Shown here: positions 49,044 through 64,000 of the stretch, piece after piece | How positions within the stretch are numbered: position 1 is the first letter of the stretch | How the letters are laid out: each line of letters opens with the position of its first letter | From: Eledone cirrhosa | Taxonomy: Eukaryota | Direction: 5' to 3' | Assembly: GCA_964016885.1 (NCBI GenBank) | Contig: OZ024744.1 | Coordinates: forward strand, 117,986,001 to 118,050,000 | Length of the DNA stretch: 64,000 bases | Notes under the pieces: model-generated | Databases searched by the model: none | Seen by the model: only the letters and a program-made list of their open reading frames with translations | Told to the model about the DNA's origin: nothing | Position numbers and translations under genes: made by a program

Positions 49044-50496
49044 ATTTATTAATGCATGGACAGTTATATGACCTCCTTTTCAGCCGAGAGACATACCAAA
49101 TACATATTCAAACATTGATACATATTCAAACATTGTGGGTCAACATTCATTACAGAATTTAGAGTGGCAGTACACACTTCGAGATTACATTTATATTAAT
49201 AGGTACAATCAAAAATCAAAGATATAGGTTAAAGTACAACATGAAGATAAGTGGTTATATAGTGCAAATGTTATATGTGTGGCACGCATGTGCGTCTTGT
49301 TTATATAGTGTGGCAGAGAGATATGTGTGGTAGAGGCACTTAGGTAGGTAAATAAGAGTGTTAGGTTGGTAGGTCTGGTGGCAAAGTCTTTATATGATTG
49401 ATATAGTCTGTGTGTGGAGAAATATTATAAGCATTAAAGATAGTGCAAGCATTAAAGTGTTATAAGTATTGGAGATGCACAGCGCAGGGATGTCAAGTAA
49501 TTCATGTACTTCGGCATTTTCATGGTCAAGGGAGTGTATATTTCGATTATATGCCTTTCACATAATCCACGACAATCCAGTAAGAGATCGTAGTCTGGTG
49601 TTCTTTAGTTCGATACAGGGGGATGTTACGTTTCGAGAAACGCCATTGAATACCGGAAGTGTGTGTGTGGCTAAGGGGAGTTAATGCATGCGGGGAGGTA
49701 ACTCTGGGGTTTCTATATCTAGCCATTAAAATGTGTCCCAATATAGACCCTAAATTCTATGGTGAGGTGCACCTTCCAAGAGAGACTTTTAAAGCATAAA
49801 GTGTACTAACTATAGAGTAGTTTATATTATTATTAAGGTGGATTAACCCATCTTAAGGTGCTACAAATGGAAATTATAGATGATGAGCGAGGATTCTAAA
49901 ATGATCTCTGTGGTTGTAGTCTGCTCATATGACCAGGCGCGGTGATTGCAGGATTGCTTCAGGACCCAATGATCTCTGGTAAGATCTGGGTCATCGCTTG
50001 CTACATTGGATGTCGAAAGATAATCGTCCCCAGGCAGGCCAAGGTCAATCCGCAGTCCTCGCGACCCCTCTCTGACCGTCAGATCATCCATATACGTACA
50101 ACCCGCACGGCAGTTGCATTGCATTCACTCACTGCGCTCAGCAGCCCGGTCCTACTGGTCAACAGCGCTACTCGATTAAATCATTTTACATCTGTCTAAG
50201 GAAGGTGTTTCCTCTGCCCAACAACATCCAACCGATCAATTCATGCTCAAAATTACCCTTAGAGCGGTGTAGTGCCATCAAGTGGGTGGATGTTGTCACA
50301 CCTGCCGTAGAGGTATAAATGGGTATTTTCCCTGCGAAGGGTTCCAGAGGGATGCCGTTGTTTGTGTTATAATGGATCAGCTAGTGTTGGGTATGTAGTA
50401 TAGGGTGTGTTTCTGGTGTTTGATGCTAGATGTGGTGTTAGGTTCCAGTCCGACATTGCTATATATAGGGCTTAAAGTTTTGGAAGGAATGTCTGA

Positions 50497-50696
50497 NNNN
50501 NNNNNNNNNNNNNNNNNNNNNNNNNNNNNNNNNNNNNNNNNNNNNNNNNNNNNNNNNNNNNNNNNNNNNNNNNNNNNNNNNNNNNNNNNNNNNNNNNNNN
50601 NNNNNNNNNNNNNNNNNNNNNNNNNNNNNNNNNNNNNNNNNNNNNNNNNNNNNNNNNNNNNNNNNNNNNNNNNNNNNNNNNNNNNNNNNNNNNNNN
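50497..50696. other. assembly gap (200 N)
   Basis: Run of N. Confidence 0.99.
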
Positions 50697-53344
<2,648 letters not shown>

Positions 53345-53470
53345 GTAGGAGGGGAGTTTTATTGTAGTACAATAAAGCAATGCAGATATCGAATAAGAAG
53401 CACTCTACAGTTTGTAGGACTGGAGTATACATAATATAAGATCAAAAGATGGTTAAAGGAGTTCCATGTA

Positions 53471-53537
53471 TTTTATTATGCGCATTTCAAAAACAAACAT
53501 CATCATGCAATAATATTTGTGTTTTCATCAGATAAAA
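53471..53537 (-). ncRNA. type I hammerhead ribozyme (left arm)
   Basis: TTTTAT-CTGATGA-AAA(C)ACAAATAT...ATGTTTGT(T)TTT-GAAA-TGCGCA-TA|ATAAAA; palindromic stem III ATGCGCAT; AUA cleavage triplet. Confidence 0.78.
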
Positions 53538-53739
53538 CAGGAGAACATGATATGAAGGCTAAAAAACACTTGTTGATAGTGCAGTTTTAAATCAACATAT
53601 GAAAAGTGGTTTTAGATTGATGTGTGATATTGGGAAAAATATTTTAATATCACACATCAATCTAAAACCACTTTTCATATGTTGATTTAAAACTGCACTA
53701 TCCACAAGTGTTTTTTAGCCTTCATATCATGTTCTCCTG

Positions 53740-53806
53740 TTTTATCTGATGAAAACACAAATATTATTGCATGATGATGTTTGTTTTTGAAATACGCATA
53801 ATAAAA
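53740..53806 (+). ncRNA. type I hammerhead ribozyme (right arm)
   Basis: Same as the left arm, but stem III reads TACGCA; predicted cleavage after 53800. Confidence 0.72.
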
Positions 53807-53882
53807 TACATGGAACTCCTTTAACCATCTTTTGATTTTATATCATATACATATATATATATATACATATATATATACATAC

Positions 53883-53997
<115 letters not shown>

Positions 53998-53998
53998 C

Positions 53999-54047
<49 letters not shown>

Positions 54048-54588
54048 CATATACATATATACATACATACATATACATATATACATACATACATATATAT
54101 ATATATATACATATATATATACATACATATATATATACATATATATATATACATATATATATACATATATATATATACATATACATATATATACACATAT
54201 ACACACATATACACATATACACACATTCATATATATATATAGACACATATATATATATATATATATACATATATACATATATATATACATATATACATAT
54301 ATATATATATACATATATACATATATATATACATATATATATACATATATACATATATATATACATATATACATATATACACATATATATACATACATAT
54401 ATATATATACATACATACATATATACAAACAGATATATATATACATACATATATATATACATAGATATATATATATATACATACATATATATATACATAG
54501 ATATATATATATATACATACATAGATATATATATATATACATACATAGATATATATATATATACATACATACATATATATATACATAC

Positions 54589-54619
<31 letters not shown>

Positions 54620-54632
54620 CATATATATATAC

Positions 54633-54663
<31 letters not shown>

Positions 54664-54892
54664 CATTTATATACATATATATATACATATAAGGATATAT
54701 ATACATATAAGGATACTATTTATGGTTATGTATATACTAAAACCTTTTATAGTTATATATATTTTATACCCTAAATAGTGAAAGACAGTAATTTATCACT
54801 ATCTTATTACCAGTAAGATAAATAGCTCAATGTAAGAAGGTCAAGTATGTTAAAAATCACTGAATATATATATATACATATATACATATATA

Positions 54893-56623
<1,731 letters not shown>

Positions 56624-56663
56624 AACATCAATAACAACTTATGGTAAAGAGTTTAACTATTAA

Positions 56664-57433
56664 CCCTTTACCATTTAAACCAGCCATATCCGGCCAGAAT
56701 TCTCTCACCTCTTCCTGTTCAAACCGGCCACTCATACTGATATTAAGGTATTGTTCTTAAAATAAATAATATCAAAATCTCACAGATTTGATATTATGTG
56801 AGGTAAAGCCTTTACTGTGAAAATACAATAGTATATATAGAATAATGTAAATGTTATGTGAGATATTGTGTGAGGTAAAGCCTTTACTGTGAAAATACAT
56901 TAGTATATATAGAGTAATGTAAATGTTATGTGAGATATTATGTGAGGTAAAGTCTTTACTGTGAAAATATAATAGTATATATAGAGTAATGTAAATGTTA
57001 TGTGAGATATTATGTGAGGTAAAGACTTTACTGTGAAAATATAATAGTATATATAGAGTAATGTAAATGTTATGTGAGATATTATGTGAGGTAAAGCCTT
57101 TACTGTGAAAATATAATAGTATATATAGAGTAATGTAAATGTTATGTGAGATATTATGTGAGGTAAAGACTTTACTGTGAAAATACAATAGTATATATAG
57201 AGTAATGTAAATGTTATGTGAGATATTGTGTGAGGTAAAGACTTTACTGTGAAAATATAATAGTATATATAGAGTAATGTAAATGTTATGTGAGATATTA
57301 TGTGAGGTAAAGACTTTACTGTGAAAATACAATAGTATATATAGAGTAATGTAAATGTTATGTGAGATATTGTGTGAGGTAAAGACTTTACTGTGAAAAT
57401 ATAATAGTATATATAAATGTAAATGTTAAAGGG
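56664..57433 (+). mobile_element. piggyBac-type MITE with an internal 72-bp unit amplified about 9 times
   Basis: TTAA|CCCTTTACCATTTA ... TAAATGTTAAAGGG|TTAA. Confidence 0.85.
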
Positions 57434-57471
57434 TTAAATAACATCAACCACCAGTCAAGTCTTTTTTTTCA

Positions 57472-57517
<46 letters not shown>

Positions 57518-57753
57518 GTTGAGTACAATTTAGTTTTGTTTATTTCAAATGTAATTCTTAACATTTTTGTTTTGTTATAAAAATGGGGCATTAAGAGTTT
57601 GATAGTTTCAAGGAGAAAGTACCAAGCACATGTACAAACATGTAGCATATATACACACTAATATATAAAATATAATATATATAGTTTATGTATATAAACT
57701 ATATAAAATATATATATCTCTATATTATATATAAAAAATATTTTATATACATT

Positions 57754-57795
<42 letters not shown>

Positions 57796-57963
57796 ATAAA
57801 TATATATCTATTCATATACACACATACATAATACACATATATATGTAAAAATGTATGTACAAAAAATATATATATATAAAAAATATACATATAACTTATA
57901 TATATATATATACATACACACATGTGTACATATATATATATATGAACATATATACATACACAC

Positions 57964-58019
<56 letters not shown>

Positions 58020-58335
58020 GGATTTTAAAATGAACAATCTTTTAAAAATAATTATTCATTTTTATAATTAAAATTTTGTTTTTCGGTTCTTAATTTAAAG
58101 AGGAGCCAGAGCAGCCCCTCTTATAAACCTCTCTCTGCTCCTCAATAAAGCATGTGTGTGTGTGTCATCTGCAGAGCCATACATTTTGTAGAATCCTATG
58201 ATAAAGGCTGTTATTATTCAAACAGGAACTTCATGAGATGACAGGTTTGCATAATTAGTAGAGTGTTGTTCTAATGTAATTTCAGTATTAAGATCTATTA
58301 CCAATACAACTGCCTCTCATTGTCTGCTAGATTAA

Positions 58336-58556
58336 CCTTTTAGCATTTAAACCGGCTATATCCAGCCAGAATTCTATCACCTCTTTCTGTTCAAACTGGC
58401 TGTAACCGGTCACTCATACTGATGTTAAGGTATCGATCTCAAAATAAATTACATTAAAATCTCATAGATTCGATATTATGAGAGATATTTACGTGAGGAA
58501 AAGTGTTTACCATGAAAATACAATAGTAAATATAGAGTAATGTAAATACTAAAGAG
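58336..58556 (+). mobile_element. monomeric piggyBac-type MITE (221 bp)
   Basis: TTAA|CCTTTTAGCATTTA ... TAAATACTAAAGAG|TTAA; colinear with 56664-57433 but has one copy of the unit. Confidence 0.85.
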
Positions 58557-58882
58557 TTAAATTACTGTACACCCTCAGGTAATATAATATACAGGTTTAT
58601 CAAGGTTGACTCTATTTCTGTCGTATCCCTAATGGAAGTGGCTGAATGGATACTATGTCTTGCTAAAAAGGTAACCTGTAACTATATATAATGGTAGGGG
58701 AACACTACACACGTTTATCTTCTAACTGCCCCTGAAAAAATAAATTGTTCATAGCATCTTAAATTTACTAATTATCTATTTGGTGAGCTAGTTTCGGCAC
58801 CAAAATTTAAATTTCAGGGATATTTTTTTGTTGGAAATACAAATCCAAGAAATTTCTTATTCTATATTTTCTTTCTAAAGGT

Positions 58883-59080
58883 CATCATCATCATCATCAT
58901 CATCATCACCGTTTAACATCTATTTTCCATGGCAGCATGGGTTAGACAGGTTGTATACATCATGAGAGAAGTCTGGCCAAAATTGGCCACACTGTACCTT
59001 GCTCAGATGGAATGGTAAATTTGGCCAGGTTTTTTACAGCTGGATACCCTTCCTAACACCAACCACATTTACAGTGTAGA
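58883..59080 (-). mobile_element. RTE-type 3' tail fragment
   Basis: On the minus strand: GGTGTTAGGAAGGGTATCCAGC...CCCATGC...GTTAAACG(GAT)n. Confidence 0.65.
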
Positions 59081-59399
59081 AGTGGATGGTACCATTATGA
59101 GAAGGGACAGACCGCATGGAACTCTTCTCACAGTGGAACCATAGATTGGGAGCCACTATGACGAGGGACAGGTCAAAGGTCAGTGTAAAAATAAATGCCA
59201 CTTAGTATCGTCTGACACTAAGACCCTAATGATGATGATGATAATTAACATTTTTATTTCAAAACTATGTTTTTTTATTATTTGTTTATTGTATTTAAAT
59301 ATTAACCCTTCATGACCATATTCCTAATGAAATACACTCTATTTTAATTAATTAATGAAGAGAAAGGGAAGTGTTTGTAATGGTGGCATTAATGATGGT

Positions 59400-59425
59400 C
59401 TTTAAGGCACAAGGCCAGCAATGTG

Positions 59426-59470
<45 letters not shown>

Positions 59471-59640
59471 GCGGAATAAGCCGATTATTTTCAACCCCAG
59501 TATTTCACTGGTACATTTTATCAAGGTTGAAAGGTTAAAAGGTAAAATTGGCCTCGGTGGGATTTGAACTCAGGAATGGAAATAGTTGGAACAAAGCATT
59601 TATTGGTGCAACGCTCCAACGATTTTGCCAATCCATCCAT
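59400..59640 (-). mobile_element. tRNA-derived SINE
   Basis: On the minus strand: TGGCAAAATCG, B-box GAGTTCAAATCCC, Nin-like core and GCCTTGTGCC end. Confidence 0.65.
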
Positions 59641-60287
59641 GACCACCTTCTGTTTACCAATGCTTGTATTAATAATAAACAAATATTATTAACACTGATC
59701 ATTGTTTAGTTTATTATTATTATTATTATTATTATTATTTACAAATGAGTTAATTTATAATGATCTCCTTCGTTAAAAAAAAGGGTTAGATTAATTAGGG
59801 GTAGGAAAAAAACAAACAAACAAACAAAACCCTTTAAGCAGATACTAACTTGAAAAGAAAAAATAGATCTTCAACTGTACATTATTACTTTTATAAACAC
59901 ACACATATATATGTGTGCTTATTGTATTATATACTCTCCACACACACACACACACATAAATATGTGTTTATGTATTATATACAAACATACATACCTATGT
60001 ATATATATGTATGTTATATACATATATTTATATGTATTTATATTATATATATATATTATATATATATGTATATACATGTATATATATGTATTTATATATA
60101 AATATATGTATATGTTTATATATGTTTGTATGGTATATATACATATATACAAAGTTAAAAAAAAGAAAAATGATTCGGGTTTTTCAAAGTTTTCCTTTTG
60201 GTACATGTATTGTGGAAATATAGGCTCATGTAGCAGTACAGGTGTGTTAATCGAAGAACAGGTACCACACTATGTACACCTGTCAGA

Positions 60288-60321
60288 TTACATCAAATGC
60301 AATTGGATTTCTTTATGATAT
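60288..60321 (-). CDS. possible terminal coding exon of a convergent gene
   Basis: A ~22-nt poly-T tract and CAG acceptor on the minus strand, then xYHKEIQLHLM* (alternative frame IIKKSNCI*). No upstream exon was identified in the window. Confidence 0.35.
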
Positions 60322-60418
60322 CTGAAAAAAAAAAAAAAAAAAAAAATTCAAGATGAGGTAAGAAATTGTTTGAGTCAAATTAATATAGTAAGATAGAATA
60401 AAATTAAAAAGACGTCTG

Positions 60419-63400
60419 TTAACCTTTCACATAGCATTTACTATATATATACTATTGTATTTTCACAGTAAAGATTTTACCTCACATAATATTTACATTA
60501 CTCTATATATACTATTGTATTTTCACAGTAAAGACTTTACCTCACATAATATTTACATTACTCTATATATACTATTGTATTTTCACAGTAAAGACTTTAC
60601 CTCACATAATATTTACATTACTCTATATATACTATTGTATTTTCACAGTAAAGACTTTACCTCACATAACATTTACATTACTCTATATATACTATTGTAT
60701 TTTCACAGTAAAGACTTTACCTCACATAATATTTACATTACTATATATATACTATTGTATTTTCACAGTAAAGACTTTACCTCACATAATATTTACATTA
60801 CTCTATATATACTATTGTATTTTCACAGTAAAGACTTTACCTCACATAACATTTACATTACTCTATATATACTACTGTATTTTCACAGTAAAGGCTTTAC
60901 CTCACATAATATCTTACATAACATTTACATTACTCTATATATACTACTGTATTTTCACAGTAAAGGCTTTACCTCACATAATATCTCACATAACATTTAC
61001 ATTACTCTATATATACTATTGTATTTTCACAGTAAAGGCTTAACCTCACATAATATCTTACATAACATTTACATTACTCTATATCTACTATTGTATTTTC
61101 ACAGTAAAGGCTTTACCTCACATAATATCTTACATAACATTTACATTACTCTATATATACTATTGTATTTTCACAGTAAAGGCTTTACCTCACATAATAT
61201 CTTACATAACATTCACATTACTCTATATATACTATTGTATTTTCACAGTAAAGGCTTTACCTCACATAATATCTTACATAACATTTACATTTCTCTATAT
61301 ATACTATTGTATTTTAACAGTAAAGGTTTCACCTCACATAATATTTACATTACTCTATATATACTATTGTATTTTCACAGTAAAGTCTTTACCTCACATA
61401 ACATTTACATTACTCTATATATACTATTATATTTTCACAGTAAAGGTTTCACCTCACATAATATTTACATTACTGTGAAAATACAATAGTATATATAGAG
61501 CAATGTAAGTGTTATGTGAGGTGAAACCTTTACTGTGAAAATACAATAGTATATATAGAGTAAAGGTTTCACCTCACATAACATTTACATTACTCTATAT
61601 ATACTATTGTATTTTCACAGTAAAGACTTTACCTCACATAACATTTACATTACTCTATATATACTATTGTATTTTCACAGTAAAGACTTTACCTCACATA
61701 ATATCTCACGTAACATTTACATTACTCTATATATACTGTTGTATTTTCACAGTAAAAGCTTTACCTCACATAATATCTCACATAATATTTACATTACTCT
61801 ATATATACTGTTGTATTTTCACAGTAAAAGCTTTACCTCACATAATACCTCACATAACATTTACATTACTCTATATATACTATTTTATTTTCACAGTAAA
61901 GTCTTTACCTCACATAATATCTCACATAACATTTACATTACTCTATATATACTATTTTATTTTCACAGTAAAGTCTTTACCTCACATAATATCTCACATA
62001 ACATTTACATTACTCTATATATACTATTGTATTTTCACAGTAAAGACTTTACCTCACATAATATCTCACATAACATTTACATTACTCTATATATACTATT
62101 GTATTTTCACAGTAAAGGCTTTACCTCACATAATATCTCACATAACATTTACATTACTCTATATATACTATTGTATTTTCACAGTAAAAGCTTTACCTCA
62201 CATAATATCTCACATAACATTTACATTACACTATATATACTATTGTATTTTCACAGTAAAGACTTTACCTCACATAATATCTCACATAACATTTACATTA
62301 CACTATATGTACTATTGTATTTTCACAGTAAAGACTTTACCTCACATAACATTTACATTACTCTATATATACTATTGTATTTTCACAGTAAAGGCTTTAC
62401 CTCACATAATATCTCACATAACATTTACATTACTCTATATATACTATTGTATTTTCACAGTAAAAGCTTTACCTCACATAATACCTCACATAACATTTAC
62501 ATTACACTATATATACTATTGTATTTTCACAGTAAAGGCTTTACCTCACATAATATCTCATAACATTTACATTACTCTATATATACTATTGTATTTTCAC
62601 AGTAAAGGCTTTACCTCACATAATATCTCACATAACATTTACATTACTCTATATATACTATTGTATTTTCACAGTAAAAGCTTTACCTCACATAATACCT
62701 CACATAACATTTACATTACACTATATATACTATTGTATTTTCACAGTAAAGGCTTTACCTCACATAATATCTCATAACATTTACATTACTCTATATATAC
62801 TATTGTATTTTCACAGTAAAGGCTTTACCTCACATAATATCTCACATAACATTTACATTACTCTATATATACTATTGTATTTTCACAGTAAAAGCTTTAC
62901 CTCACATAATACCTCACATAACATTTACATTACACTATATATACTATTGTATTTTCACAGTAAAGGCTTTACCTCACATAATATCTCATAACATTTACAT
63001 TACTCTATATATACTACTGTATTTTCACAGTAAAGGCTTTACCTCACACAATATCTCACATAACATTTACATTACTCTATATATACTGTTGTATTTTCAC
63101 AGTAAAGGCTTTACCTCACACAATATCTCACATAACATTTACATTACTCTATATATACTATTGTATTTTCACAGTAAAGGCTTTACCTCACATAATATCT
63201 TACATAACATTTACATTACTTTATATATACTATTGTATTTTCACAGTAAAGGCTTTACCTCACATAATATCTCACATAACATTTACATTACTCTATATAT
63301 ACTGTTGTATTTTCACAGTAAAGGCTTTACCTCACATAATATCTCACATAACATTTACATTACTCTATATATACTATTGTATTTTCACAGTAAAGGCTTT

Positions 63401-63840
63401 ACCTCACATAACAGCTCACATAACATTTACATTACTCTATATATACTATTGTATTTTCACAGTAAAGGCTTTACCTCACACAATATCTCACATAACATTT
63501 ACATTACTCTATATATACTGTTGTATTTTCACAGTAAAGGCTTTACCTCACATAATATCTTACATAACATTTACATTTCTCTATATATACTATTGTATTT
63601 TAACAGTAAAGGTTTCACCTCACATAATATTTACATTATTCTATATATACTATTGTATTTTCACAGTAAAGGCTTTACCTCACATAACAGCTCACATAAC
63701 ATTTACATTACTCTATATATACTGTTGTATTTTCACAGTAAAGGCCTTACCTCACACGATATCAAATCTATGAGATTTTGACGTTATTTATTTTGAAAAC
63801 AATACCTTAACATCAGTATGAGTGGTTGGTTATAGCCCAG
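60419..63840 (-). repeat. MITE copy with a ~3.3-kb internal 60/72-bp satellite
   Basis: Starts TTAACCTTT; the array spans 60435-63755; the MITE body (ATCAAATCTATGAGATTTT..CAGTATGAGTGG) follows. Confidence 0.88.
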
Positions 63841-63886
63841 TTTTAACAAAGTGTTAAGGACTCTGGCAATCAACATATGGTTTTAT

Positions 63887-64000
63887 GGTCAGTCCTACTG
63901 TGTGATAACTTGGACAGTGTTTACTGTAGCTTCAGGTTGACTAATATCTTGTGGTCAGTCCTACTGTGTGGTACCTTGGACAGGTTGACCAATGTCTTGT
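63887..64000 (+). repeat. start of another short tandem repeat, SINE-like
   Basis: GGTCAGTCCTACTGTGTG recurs at 63887 and 63953. Confidence 0.5.

Larger units (their letters stand above)
53434..53843. repeat. 410-bp near-perfect palindrome (198-bp arms, 14-nt spacer) made of two inverted hammerhead-bearing units
   Basis: 53434-53631 versus 53646-53843, about 3 mismatches. Confidence 0.93.

Noticed and set aside
60455-63781. HNIYITLYILLYFHSK repeat ORFs (also at 20432-22016 and 56772-57332)
   Set aside because: The 60/72-bp satellite units are multiples of 3, and they derive from a non-coding MITE.

Overview
AT-rich, repeat-dense animal genomic DNA. The repeat families and huge (TA)n tracts suggest a coleoid cephalopod such as an octopus (inference). 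The only clear host gene is the last six coding exons (4577-22188, +) of an ELM2-SANT/C2H2 protein of the TRERF1/ZNF541/MIDEAS family; a possible terminal exon of a convergent gene lies near 60.3 kb (-). The rest is mostly mobile DNA and repeats: an R4/Dong-like LINE split by a nested RTE, several RTE-clade LINEs (one 1076-codon copy broken by a single stop), tRNA-derived SINEs, TTAA-flanked piggyBac-type MITEs, about 20 kb of TA/TATG microsatellite and a 200-N gap. Three observations stand out. (1) There are at least four well-formed and two decayed type I hammerhead ribozyme motifs of the minimal Penelope/retrozyme type, most ending just before a (TA)n tract. One has a compensatory U3-A8 core, and two form a 410-bp palindrome; nearby partial copies begin at or next to the predicted cleavage sites. 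(2) The RTE family carries a C4HC3 PHD-type finger inserted inside its reverse transcriptase. (3) Tandem satellites have repeatedly arisen in place from LINE, SINE and MITE segments, with the parent sequence still visible. The long YIYI/HNIY ORFs are repeat artefacts.
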